Origin: Vicugna vicugna | Lineage: Eukaryota | Assembly (NCBI GenBank): GCA_013265495.1 | Contig: MU057887.1 | Span: forward strand, 445,985 to 509,984 | Reading direction: 5' to 3' | DNA: 64,000 bases | In this document: in pieces, positions 47,701 to 59,600 of the stretch | How positions within the stretch are numbered: position 1 is the first letter of the stretch | Layout: the number at the start of each line of letters is the position of its first letter | The notes under the pieces: generated by a model | What the model saw: only the letters and a program-made list of their open reading frames with translations | What the model was told of the DNA's origin: nothing | Databases searched by the model: none | Program-made: the position numbers and the translations under genes

Positions 47701-50700
47701 GACAGCTGGCCGGGGCTGAAGGCCTGCTGGACTTGTGACCTGTGACTCTGTCCCTAAGGACACTTGCACTTAGTTTCTTGAGGTACTTTTGTTAGGCGAG
47801 GGCAGCACACCAGCAATGACATCCCTGATGGTGACAGTTCCGTGTGCCCAGCTGGCTCAGGCGGCTCCCACAGATGCCCCGGGAGGCGGAGAGGAGAGGG
47901 CGGGAGCCGGCCCCCGGCCCCCGGTCCCCAGGATGCGAGCGCGGGCTCCCCTGAGCGGGCCTCTCCTGCAGCCCCCCGCCCGGAGCCGAGCGGCCGAGGA
48001 GGAGGCGCCTGGAGCCTCGGCTGTGCTGACTGTCTTCTTTCTTCTCCAGATGCCGAGCGAGTGGACAGCACCACGCTGCTGGGTAAGGCCGACCGATTGT
48101 ACCAGCCTGTTTCTGGCCGACACGCGTCTCTGGCTTCCTGCCATCGTTTATAAAGTCACAGAAGTGTTTCTCACGTTAAATTCTTAGCCCGTGTTGTGTG
48201 CAGGCAGCCCCACCAGCAATGGAAATAGCAGTGGTGGTCCCGCCACAAGGAAGGGGCTAACAGTGCAGCCCTTCGGCCGGGAGGCAGCTGTCAAACGTGG
48301 GCCAGCTGCTGGCGCCTGAGAGTAACCGCCTGTCCTAGAACCCGGAGTTAGTCGCTGGGGTCAGAACGAGACGCTGCTTGTGTCATACCATTTGGTCTAA
48401 GATGGAGTAATTTTTGACCCATCCCCTTCAGAGATTTTAACTGCAAAGTTTTTAGCATTCTGTAAAATTTTCTGTTTATTACTTGTTTGGAACACGAGTA
48501 TCCTTCTGGGCTCGACTCTGCCCGTTTATTGACGAGCTGGGACCGAGCTCAGCGGCTGCTGCGCCCGCCTGGGGTGAACCTGGCGCAGGTCTCCCCACGT
48601 CGGCCCGTCAGTTGGGTTGGCGGGGGCCTCTGTGCCCCGGGTCCCCGCGGGCCCCAGCAGAGCTGCAGACGGGAAACGCCGTAGTGCCGGGTGGGCTTCC
48701 GTTTAGGAATTTCAACAGTTGTCCTCAGCCTTCCGTTTCTACCTTATGTCCTTGTGAAAGGTCACATTTATTATAGTTGCTTTCTCTGACTCCAGAACCA
48801 TCCATTTCTTTTGAAAAAAGCAGTAACTTGATAGACATCTGTCACACATGGCAGGGATTATTTGGTTAGTGTGTCAGTAAAATCAGATTTAGAGACTGGA
48901 TCTCAGAGGGTAGATTCTAGAATAGATGAGCTTTTTTTTTTAATTTTCAAAAAATTTTTAATTGAAGTATAGTTGCTTAGTTGCTGTATAGTATCATATA
49001 AGTTACAGGTATATAATATGCTTCACAATTTTTTGAAGGTTATGCTCCATTTATAGTTATTATAAAATATCGACTGTTTTCCCTGTGTTGTACAATATAT
49101 CCTTGTAGCTTATTTTATACCTAATAGTTTATATCTCTTAATCTGTTACCCCTATATTGTCCCTCCCCCCTTCCCCTCTCCTCTGGTAAATGCTAGTTTG
49201 TTCTCTGTATCTGTGAGTCTGCTGCTTTTTTGTTCTATTTTTTGGATTCTACATATAAATGATACTCAGTATTTGTCTTTCTCTGTCTGACTTATTTTAC
49301 TTGGTATAATGCCCTCCAAGTCCATCCATGTTGCTGTAAATGGCAACATTTTCATTTTTCTTTTTTATGGCTGAGTAGTATTCCGCTGTGTATACATTAC
49401 ACACACCACATCTTTATCCAGTCATCTGTTAATGGACATTTAGGTCGCTTTCATATCTTGGCAATTGTAAATAGTGCTGCTGTGAACCCTGAGGTGCATG
49501 TGTCTTTTCGAATTAGTGTCTTTGTTTTTTTCAGATATATACCCAGGAGTGGGATTGCTGGGTCATATGGTAGTTCTGTTTAGTTTGTGGAGAACCCTCC
49601 GTACTGTTTTCCATAGCAGCTGCGCTAGTTTACATTCCCCCCAGCAGTGCACAGGGCTTCCCATCTCTCCACATCCTCACCAACCCTTGTTATTTGTTTT
49701 CTTTTTGATGACAGCCATCCTTAGATAAGCTTTTTAATTAAAGTTTTCACCTTTCAGGTAATGCATGCCAGGACTGTGCAAAGAGGAAATTAGAAGAAAA
49801 TGGAATTGAAGTTTCAAAAAAACCCAGACAATCAGATACTGGTACAGTGTCCTTTCTTTCCGGGGGGACCTAGTGCAGCGGGCCTTGTTTGTGGGGTGTC
49901 CTCAGTTCCAGTGCTCCGCTTCAAAGCCCCTTGGTGGAGGGGGCAATGCGTATGTCACTCCAGCCGCCCAGAGGTATCCACCAAAAGGTGTCTGTTAAAG
50001 TTAGCATGTTGTTGAAGAAAGACACACAGAAAAAGCACACAAATTGTAAGGTCAGCCCAGTGAATTTTCACAAAGCGATACCCCCACGTAGTCACCTCCA
50101 GTTCAAGAAACGGAACGTTGTCGGAGCCTCGCTGCCCCCACCCCCCATCGCTTTTCAGTCGCTCCCTCACTGCCCTGGGGTGAGCACCATCTTGACTTAT
50201 GTCACCGTAGTCTCCAGGGAAAACCACTTTGAGTCATTTTTTTGTTAACCTCTTATCACTGAATTAGATTTATTTGAATATTTAAATCTTGATTTAAATA
50301 TTGATTTAAACTGTGCATTTAAATAGACAACCTCTGTTGACCCTAGGAAAGGCGACCTGGCTCACTCATACTGTCTCCTGCCAGGTTTCGGGAGTCTAGT
50401 TTCTGTTGTTTAACTAGCGCACTTGCTGACGTTATTGTGACTTCCCGGTGAGAAGCCTAGGCTGCCGCAGCCCCTGCCCCCCCGCCTCCCCCCACCGCTG
50501 CTGCCTCCTCGGCGTCCGGCACTGGGCTCCAGGACTGAAGGGGGATACGCCCTCTGGGCCGTCTGTAGGTTGGCACTAAAAGTTGGGAAACAAAAGCAAT
50601 TACTTAAGAAACAGGGAGGAAGCAGTCTTTCCTGGTCAGCGCGCCCGCGGGCCGCGCCCCTGGGCCCGGGCCCCGGCTGCTGCGCTAGCGGAGGGGTCGT

Positions 50701-52995
50701 GATACCGAGGTCCCGCGTTTCCTTACATTCCATTAGCTCTGCTCCCGTTTTTGACTGTTGCCTACTGGTGGTGGTTGGGTTGCTTTTTTTTTTTTTTTTT
50801 ATTTTTTTTTTTTTTGAGTCATTTCTGGATTCCTTTTTCCTCCTATGGTCCAAAAAAACACATTTCATGGTATTTTTAAACATGCACTTTCTCTCAGTCA
50901 CCCTGCCCCTCATTTCCCGAGTCATCCTCTGCCCACCTGCTTGTTCTGGGCGGTGCGCACCTGTCGCCCTGGAGCGCCCTCCTCGCCCTCCTGGACCACC
51001 GTGCGGGTCTGTCTTCTCCCCGCCCGCACCCCCTCTGCTGGCCTGTCCCCCAGGAGCCCCCTCGGCCCCGCGCAGGGCCTGCAGCTCCCCGGGGGCTGCT
51101 CGTCGCCTGTGGTGTGGGAGCCGCCATTCCGATCCCCCCTTGGAGCTCTGCCATCTTGGGTGTCCGCGTGTCCTGTGGAAGAGGGTCTGCGGCTCAGGCT
51201 GCTGTGGTTTGTAGGTGAACTGTCGCTTCCCTTTCTGGAAGCTTTTAGGATCTTCCTTGATGTTTAGACATTTCATGAGGACGTCTGTAGGTGGAAACCC
51301 TTTTGATGTCCCTTGCTCAGGTTTTTTTGCCCCCTCCGGCTGTCTTCTCTGTTCCCTCTTCCTGGAACCGTGTTAGTTAGGACCTCCTAGGTTGGCTTCT
51401 GCTGTGTTCTGTTTTCTCTAATATCTGAATTTTCATTTTGTCTTTTTTTCCCAAAAACTTTCTGGGAGATTCTCAAAATCATATTCTACTTCTTGGGTTA
51501 AATTTTGAGTGTTATTGTTAACTTCTGAGAGCTCTTGTTTTCTGACCTAGTCTCTCTCGTAGCATCTGTTGTTTTATGAGGAAGGTTATCTTTTCGGATT
51601 TCCTGGTTGTCTGACTGCTCCATTTCTGAAAACGTTAGGATAGAGGGTTTCCAGATAACTGGCTTTATTTTCTGTTAGATAAGAAAACCGCGGTACAACA
51701 CTCTCAAGCACCTGCGTAACAGTCCACCCCGCGCTTCTGAGAGCTGCGAAGCCCTCACCACGCTGTTACTGACGTGCTTCACGTCTAAGCTGGCTCCTCA
51801 GCGGGTGCTGGGGCAGTGCTGCGGCACGCGCTTCCTCCTGCACCGCAAGGAACGTGTGCTGTCGAAACAGCCTGTTACAAATGCAGAGACTCGTACCAGA
51901 CCTTAGTCAAGTAAAGCAAACATGGCAGGTTTTTAAGTGGCTGCTGGCAGTGCGCTGTGGCCTGAGTCAGGACTGGTGGCGGGAGGGGATGGCTGAGGTG
52001 GTGGAGGTGAGCGTGCTGGTGGCTGCTCCCTGGCTGCGGCTGACTCCGCACCCCCTCCCTCAGATTCGTACGTCAGTGCATGTATCTTCAGAGGGAGTTC
52101 CATTTTGATGGTATTTTGGATAAAATTCTGTGAAGTCTCTTAGCAAATATTTGGATTGTGAATTCAGCCGGTAGGAACATCTATAGCTAAATAAAAAGCT
52201 AAAGCTAGAGTTCGCTGAGTTGTCCCTGCAGGACCAGGGGCTCTTTCCCGTTAGCCTCTGCCCTGTTCCTTGTGCCCGCACGCCTGGGCTCCTCCGCGGC
52301 CTGCTGATCTGAGCAGCGGGCCCGCGTGACGGTTCTCTGTCCAGAGCGTGGATCATTGCTGCGTGTATGTAGCTTTTCTCCCCCTGGGGCGACCCATGGG
52401 TGGTGGTATCAGGCAGCAGAGCTCACTGCCTGCTGGACTTTGCTCCAGAGCAGTGGTCAGGCCAGTCAGCGGGGACCCCCTGGAGGCCAGCACCCACACC
52501 AGCAGCCTCCTCCCCAGGGAGCTCTGGCTTCAAAGCCCTCTAAGGCCACTTTCTTCCAGAAAGCTTTGTCCCGTTCTGCACGCAGAGGAGAGACCCGAGG
52601 TCATCTTCCCAGTGCTGCTGGCCGTTCTTGCTGGCAGGAGAGCTCAGAGCGCGTGGCAGGCTCCCACCTGCAGGCAGGCCCATTGCGCACACGCCCTGAC
52701 CTCCATCCTTCTCTCCACTTCCCTGGGCTCCCGTTGTATGTGTGAGATTTCCAGAGCTTTGCAGATCTAATGTCATAATTTACTTTGTCCCCGATGGTAT
52801 TTATAATTCACAGGCTATTTCTAGACGGTGGCTACTGTTTCCATTATGGAGGTGTGTTCAAAGTCTTTAGTACATGAGGAAAACTATAACCAGTTTTTGA
52901 AGTAGAAATCCCACTGCAAATACTTTTTAAAGATCCAGTTAATGTTTTGGTTTTCCTTTCCTTTTCTTTAAACAGATGATGCTGGAGGGTCTTGA
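38654..52995 (+). CDS. FAM118A: Protein FAM118A (SIR2-like domain), complete spliced CDS join(38654-38700,39500-39752,42991-43212,44979-45107,46129-46414,48050-48082,49758-49841,52976-52995), 357 aa
   Basis: [97 protein letters not shown] matches FAM118A. Exons 47+253+222+129+286+33+84+20 = 1074 nt; all introns GT-AG. Confidence 0.96.
39500..39752 (+). CDS. FAM118A: FAM118A exon 3
   Basis: [31 protein letters not shown]; donor GTAAGT. Confidence 0.94.
42711..42845 (+). mobile_element. tRNA-Ala-derived SINE (Vic-1-like) with TSD
   Basis: AGCTCAGTGGTAGAGTGCGTGCTTAGCATGCACGAGGTCCTGG. TSD TAAAC(T/C)CTACAAGGTCA at 42694-42710 / 42846-42862. Confidence 0.85.
42991..43212 (+). CDS. FAM118A: FAM118A exon 4
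   Basis: Acceptor [38 protein letters not shown]; donor GTACGG. Confidence 0.94.
43537..43658 (-). mobile_element. Short L1 3'-end insertion with TSD
   Basis: TTAAGCTGTTTTTA at 43523-43536 / 43659-43672 flanks TTGAAGTGTAGTCAGTTACA.. L1 3'UTR-type sequence. Confidence 0.75.
44979..45107 (+). CDS. FAM118A: FAM118A exon 5
   Basis: Acceptor [37 protein letters not shown]; donor GTACGC. Confidence 0.94.
46129..46414 (+). CDS. FAM118A: FAM118A exon 6
   Basis: Acceptor [33 protein letters not shown]; donor GTACAG. Confidence 0.94.
48050..48082 (+). CDS. FAM118A: FAM118A exon 7 (33-nt micro-exon)
   Basis: Acceptor TTCTCCAG; (D)[10 protein letters not shown]; donor GTAAGG. Confidence 0.9.
48937..49721 (-). 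mobile_element. 5'-truncated L1 in FAM118A intron 7
   Basis: Antisense L1 ORF2-end/3'UTR. TSD TAGAT(G/A)AGCTTTTT at 48923-48936 / 49722-49735. Confidence 0.85.
49758..49841 (+). CDS. FAM118A: FAM118A exon 8
   Basis: Acceptor CTTTCAG; (G)[27 protein letters not shown]; donor GTACAG. Confidence 0.92.
50230..51600 (-). mobile_element. Highly decayed old L1 (L1ME-like) including an ORF1 remnant
   Basis: Minus strand near 51210-51280 reads AAGATCCTAAAAGCTTCCAGA..CAGTTCACCTACAAA (KILKASR..QFTYK), like the L1 ORF1p motif. Boundaries approximate. Confidence 0.5.
52976..52995 (+). CDS. FAM118A: FAM118A last coding exon (stop)
   Basis: Long polypyrimidine tract + AACAG; (D)DAGGS; TGA at 52993-52995. 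Confidence 0.9.
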
Positions 52996-55566
52996 AATCT
53001 TTAAAACCAATAAAACTGCAACTTGAAAACCAGCCTTCTGTAACCACAGTGCCGTCCCATACGATGAAGAATGTCAGAGAACTCCACCCGGGATCTCCGT
53101 CCTAAACCGTCGAGCATCCCAGAAGAGCCCAGGGGTGCGTGGCGCTCGGGCGCTGGGTGAGAGCCCCGCCGTGTGTGCTGACTGCTCAGGCGGTGATGCG
53201 CACACACGCCAGGTGTCCTTTGCGAGGATGGATGGACGCCTACCTCAGGGACCACGCTGGCGGGCAGGGAGGCCTGCTACTCCCGACTCCCCTTTGACCT
53301 GCCCTCTGTCAGGTGGCTTTTTCTGATGAAAGGGGGAGAGTGAAGACTGTCCAAGCAACAGGAGTTGCCAAAGAGAAAATAGGAAGTTTGACACTTAAAT
53401 TTTATAATTTTTATGTGGAAACATCTGTTACTGTAGGAAAAAAGTTAGAAGTCTATTTGTTGCATTGTTAAATAGTAAAAGCGGACGGACCCTGGAGGCA
53501 CTGACTGCTGGCGAGGGTTGGGTGTTTGAAGAATGGCTAGCCCTGTGCGGCCCCTTTGGGGTTACATGACTTCAGTAACTTCGCTTCTGAAGAATGGCAG
53601 GTCTGATGCTGCCGAGCAGTGAAGTGGTGAGGAGCCAGAGGGCCTTTCCAAAAGTGCGTTTCGTGGTGGGTAGCTGAGAAGTTACACGTGGGCACAAGAC
53701 TAAGTTTGAAACTTCTAGTTAAGTTCTAAGCTTTCCAAGTCTTTATTGTATGAGGTAAGTCCAGCCTTTCTGTTCCTGTCTCTTAAAACCCTCGCCCCCG
53801 GCCCACGTTAAAGGGTGTGCATGCAGCGCAGCAGGGCCTGTGACACGGCGATGCTGTCGGGCTTCCCTGGGGCAGACGGCGCCCGGGCGGTGGCTCTGGA
53901 ACCCGGCACAGGCCCTACTTGGGCTGTTTCAAGGCTGCCTATTTTGTCGCTCCTCTGGGTTTAGAGAAAGTGAAGAACAAGAAACGCGAGGTTGCAATGT
54001 GCAGGGAACGAGAGAGAAGCCAGAGACCTGCTTAAGACCTTTTGTTTCTTTCCTTTTTGAAGCATGGAGAACAAATCTTTCGTTACTCTGGTCAGAAATA
54101 AAATTTTATCATCAACTCTGCTCAACTTTTCTTTAGCCGTGATACGGCATGGTATGTATTTAATGAGAAATTTTACCTTGAGTTGCCGTTTGGTTGTGAA
54201 ATTGATTACTTGAGTATGTTTAAGTATTTTAAAAAGCCAACATTTTAAGTTCACTTAAAAAAGAAAAAGACACACGAAGTGCAATGAGGGCAGGCTATCT
54301 GAATCTGAAAGTTGAGCAGACACAGGGTATAGCAGCACTGCAGCATGGGAAGTGACGGGGAACAGGACACAGAACTGGGAAAGTGGAGCCAGTTCCAGAC
54401 ATGCTGTGAGTCTCGAGACTGGAGGCCTTCTTGCTGTAATGAACGGACATATCTAGTCAGTTCTGCTGTTTGTTCTTTCAAAATGCAAATTTATTTCAAC
54501 ATGATTGACGTATTAGAAACAATCTGAATATAACTCATTTGCTTATGTATAATTTTGTCTGAGAAAACCAGGTGAGGGAGCGACTAAGTATGGCCTTGTT
54601 TGTTTTCTGTCTCAACCTAGAATAGTTCTGACATTTTCAGGTGGTTTTATTTTAATTAGTTATGCAGGTACCTATACAGTGAGCCTCCTTGCTGCCTCAA
54701 CAAAGCCTGAAATACTCTCTGATCCTTAAAAGGAGTTTGTCGCACCTGCTCTGGGCGAAAGCGGGAGCACAGCCGGCTGCCCAGAACTGGGGGGGGGGCT
54801 CCACCACCCGCCCTTAGACCCCCACCGGCTCCCTCCGACACCCTCCCCCCCACTTGACCACAGCAGCGTGCTTCACCCAGTGGGTGAGCTCACATGCCAA
54901 CTTCAGGGTGTTTCCTGAGATGAAGTGCCATATTTGCTACAGTATCTGTGTTTCTTAACCGTTTAACATGTGTAAAGCCAGCTATGTACTAGGGTCCTGT
55001 CTTCCTTTTTCAGTACGGTGCCCCCACCCCGTGTTTCCCATCACCCGTGCTCTCCATCGTGTGCTTCTGCGTAGCACGGGGTTTTCAGGAGTGTGGGTGG
55101 ACCGCGTCAGAACAGGGATCCTACTTTGAAGATCACCGACAGTCCATGAGTCCAGGTTAGGAGAGAACAGCCCCAGCAAAGAAGAGGGTCTATGCTGAGC
55201 TCACATGGCACCAAACGGACAGCTCAGTGTCAAGCTGGTGTCTTTCAAGGCACAGGGAGGCGGTGATGTAGATGTATTACAAGCACTAAAAAAGGACAAA
55301 TACAGTGGCTTCTGCTATTAAAGTTCTTAGAGATCAGCTGGAGGAGGCCAGGGAGCAAGGTTTTTGTGACTTAGTCTGTTTCTTAGGCACAGAGCGCGTG
55401 AAATAATGAGTGTCGTTCAGACTGCTTCAGGAGGCGCTCCTCGGTCAGCACTTGGGCCCAGATAGTCTTAAGTTCAGAGCAACCAGCTCCCTAGAATTTT
55501 TTAATTTTGAAATGGGAATGAAGTACTATTGAAAACTGCAACTTTTTTCCTACCCCAAACAATGTA

Positions 55567-55880
55567 TAGTGGGCCCCCTGTATCCCTGGGTTCTGTATCT
55601 GGAGAGTCAACCAACCTCAGATTAAAAATAGCTGATGGGAAAAAAAGGATTCTAGAAAGTTCCAAAAGCACTACTTGAATCTTCTGTATATCGGCAACTA
55701 TTTACACAGCATTTACATTGTACTAGGTATTATAACGTAGAGATGACTTAAAATATGGGGAGGATGTGCACAGGTTATATGCAGACACTACCATTTATAT
55801 AACGGATTTGAGCATCCTTGGATTTTGGTCTCTGTGGGGAATCCCGGAACCCAGTCCCCACAGATGACAAGGGATGACTG
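55567..55880. mobile_element. MER2-like TcMar-Tigger MITE
   Basis: Imperfect terminal inverted repeats (TAGTGGGCCCCCTGTATCCCTGGG / CCCACAGATGACAAGGGATGACTG) with internal TCAACCAACC..TTTACATTGTACTAGGTATTATAA..GAGCATCCTTGGATTTTGGT. Confidence 0.8.
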
Positions 55881-56052
55881 TGTTTAAGTAGAAAAGTCAG
55901 TTGTCACTTGGGAAAGCCTGTCTTCAGTGTTTACTTTTTAGCAAATTATATTTAGAAAAATGTAGATTGCATTGAAACAGATACAATTCAATTTCACCTT
56001 AATTTTTAGTTTCTAAAAGTTATAGATTGTAGGCAGTTGAAATTAGAATACT

Positions 56053-56058
56053 TTTATT
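56053..56058 (-). terminator. SMC1B: Probable SMC1B polyadenylation signal
   Basis: TTTATT on plus = AATAAA on minus, about 470 nt past the stop codon. Confidence 0.6.
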
Positions 56059-56524
56059 GGTATTTTCAATACTGACTTCAGTTCCTCTGATATAATTTTC
56101 CATATAACACAGGTTCAACAACCTATAACTAATATATTTAGAAACCAAGAGTTTCCCTTGAAGATTACCTAACGTACAAGGCGAGATCAGTGAGATGATG
56201 CAGGAGTCAAAGACTGCCTGCCTGGCTTTCGAAATGGAAGGTAAAACTATGGTACAAAACTACCTTTTTTTTTTAAACTCATTAAAGCTAACTTGTGTAG
56301 GAAACCCCGCCTACTGAATACTCTGACTACAGTGAGCGGTAGCACCTTCGGGAGGTAACGGTTGGGCTTCTCACGTGGCACACGAGCCGAGTAGCCGCGC
56401 AGCCCCGGGAGCCTGTTACTCAAGCAGCAGGACCGCGCAGTGAGCGCCGCGCAGCGCTCGGCCTGACCTGTCTGACCTCGCTCTCAGCTGCCAGCCACTC
56501 ACTGGCACTCCGCGTCCTAACGTC

Positions 56525-56626
56525 CTAACGGGGCTCAGGCTGTCTTCTGCTGCTTTCTCTGCCTTCAGTGTCTGGATACTGAGAAAGATCTAGGCTCAGA
56601 ACTTGGCTGAACATGCAGTCATCATG
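56525..56626 (-). CDS. SMC1B: SMC1B terminal coding exon
   Basis: Acceptor [44 protein letters not shown] at 56527-56525. Confidence 0.92.
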   Translation of the reverse strand, partial: HDDCMFSQVLSLDLSQYPDTEGRESSRRQPEPR

Positions 56627-59600
56627 CTGAAATGGGAGAGAAGACAGTTAAAAGTCAGTGCCTTTACTTAGGGAAAAAAGTGCTATCAAATGTAAAATAA
56701 GGGCCATTAGTGGGTCTAGATTTGCATTTAAAAAGGAACCTCTTTATAGCCACCTAAAAAGGTACCACTCGTCCACACTTACATCAGATTGATTTATGTC
56801 TTGTATTAGCTAGTAAAGGGTACCAGAACATGCCACCCAAAATATGCCTCTTGCACGTGGATTATTTTGAGCTAGAGGCTCCTGAGAAGCAGCAGATGAG
56901 GACAGGCTCCACCAACTAGGCACAAGCTCCCTGCAGGAAAGGGAGCTCACATTTATGTGAGAGGGGACACCCTCTTCACTCCTCATCAATGGAGAAGGCA
57001 CCTAGCTGAATCTGCAGAGCGAACCCGATCGAACAACCTCATTTACCATACTTTCCCTAGTCACCTTCTCACCACTTGCCTATTACCCAGAAACCTCTTC
57101 TCATTTTAGCCTAAGGTGGTGGGGGTACAGGCCCAGTTCTGGCCCCCCTGCGGCTACTCATCGCTGGGCGTGCCCACGTGTACGTGGGTGATGCACGCGC
57201 TAATAAACTGCTTTGCTCTCGTTACTCTGTCTTTCGTGCGTCTAATTTACAGGGTTCTCAGCCAAAGAACCTGAAATGGGTAGAAAAAGATTTTATTTCT
57301 GTCTACACTAGTAACGAGAATTTTCATTTCTCTCCTGCAGAATATTTCCAGTGACTCCTTGACATTAATTAGGCACAGGAAGGGAAATTAATATTTATCT
57401 TAGCTTAAAGGAAAACTCGGGAAGTGAAACCTGATTGTCCACGAACTGAAGGATTTGAATGAGAGGCTCTGCCCCACTAGCTCAGGTGAGTATTTGAACA
57501 GCTTTTCAGAAAGGTGGGTTTGAATTCTAGAAGTTACTCTACGACTTGGAACTGTAGTCAGTTTCCTTTCCCCTCTGGTACTTTTGGAGGCTAAATGGTT
57601 CCTTGTTGGCTCTACCACATGCATTTGTTTTTGCCGAAAGCATTCAGACACTACAGAAATAAATACAATATCGAGGGCTTACTCTGTAAGTTAACGGGTA
57701 CTATTATTTTACAAACAAAACTATCATACTTAACTGTTCTGCAATTTTTCAGTTTGTTTTTTCACTTAAAATATATCTTAAATCTCTGTGTACTGCCATA
57801 ATAGTTACTTTTAAATCTTATTTGATTAAAAAATCATTTAAGCCTATGTTCATCAACTGCAGAAATCAAACAGCATCTAGATTCCATCAGGAACCTGTAA
57901 TTGTGCTGTGAGGGCACCACGAAGGTGGTTTTACTCCTCTGCCCCTTTACTTCTGTTTACCTCTGGATAGATGCCTATCAGTGCATCAGCTTTGGAATAG
58001 AACTCCTCTTTGAGGGAGATGATTATCATCTGAAACTGTTCCTGAGCCTGCTCTTTGATGTAACTTGATACCTGGGAGGAAACAGAAAGCACGCGTTTCA
58101 TCAGTAAGGAAAAGCCCTGTTCCTGGGCTCTGAGGTCAGCGATTCTGCACGTCTCTGAACCTGCCCTTTTAGGTCACGAGGCACGTACTCCCCCTTCTGG
58201 TAATTCAGTAAACCCGCTACAACTGCAGAAATGGAAATAGCTCAGATTCCAAAATAAGAGGTTAGTGAAAAATATAAACCTCACTAAATCTATGATTGAA
58301 AACCTGAAGACTGTTTTTAAGAATAAAGCTCTAACTTAAGGTACTATTGTGAATATGCAATCAACCTTCTACAACAAGGTAGAACAAAAATTACCACTCA
58401 GGTACTTTATGAGGGTAAAGAAGGGGTGGTACTTAAAAACTCCCTATATTGCCAACTTAAAGCCTCAAGGTGGGAGAAATATGGCAATTATATATGTATT
58501 CATCATCTGCAGTCAAGTCTCTGGGTTAGAGGGAAACTCATGGCTGCTTCAGGAGGTTGAATTCTAAGGAATGAGAATAAAAACAAAATAGACTGGACAG
58601 AAACAGGTCTTGGTGAACAAACTACTCAGAATCTGGAGAATGATAAAGAATAAGCTAAACTCAAACCACAGTTTTATAAGATACTTGCCAGCTGCCTGGA
58701 TCTCTCTGCAAGCCTAGAGAGTCTTCTTCACGTGTAGGGGTCCTGACTACACTAAGAACACAAGTTTGGAAGCAGGAACAGCAGCGTTGGTTGAGGAATG
58801 AGTCACTAGCCGAGGCGAATGATGAGAGGAGGGAAACTGCTTTGGGCTAAAAGGCTGAGTTCACAGACAGAAGGAACCCCAGCATTAGAATCGATGGTAG
58901 CCACAGAGGACTTTAAAGTCTTGATACGGATGGGGTGCAAGCAGTAAGGCATGCATGTTGCTAGCAGAGTTGCCTGTAACAAACGTTGGGCGCCCTGATG
59001 ACAAGAGGGAGTGGAGCGCCCTCACAGCTGCTCATGCCATGTAACTGCTCGAACTCAAGTCGGCAGTGGGTACCAGGATGTAAATCTCAAAGGGAAAGTG
59101 GAAATCAAGAGGTTTTCAATATATATGATTTGTGCCAATGGAAGAGTCTTAAGTAAGATCTATTACCTGAAGATGCCACTAACACAAACATCTAAATTTA
59201 GTAGAAGACAGGGATACCTTAAATGCTACCAAGAGAAGGGTGGTCCACAGTGATGGATCCCCACCTCCACCCAACAAAGACACAAAGGAAACGGGGAAAA
59301 AGTGCTAAAATTAACCTAAGGGGAACTTTCTCCCAAATGAGTCAGGCTATGGGGCCCAGTTAGCTGATGCAGACTGGCTGGCATTCGAGAGAGACAAATC
59401 GAGGTTTTTTGTTCTGCTGTCCTTTTCCCCAGTTACCTTGGAGTCTGGGAGGTCACAGAATGTGGTTCTTGTCTGTTCTCTACAAGACTCAGGACTTTTC
59501 TAACTTTTGTGGGTGTGGCTTCTCACGTATACTGCGACGTGGTCAAAAAGCAAGGTCCTGGAGAGACTTGGGTAGGATGAACACAGCCTGGCAAAGGCTG

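Noticed and set aside
50410..51276. Longest ORF in the track (288 aa, minus) and the overlapping 214-aa plus ORF
   Set aside because: Low-complexity, runs through a poly-A/T tract, begins in a frameshifted L1 ORF1-like remnant, and is open mainly because the region is GC-rich; no recognisable protein.
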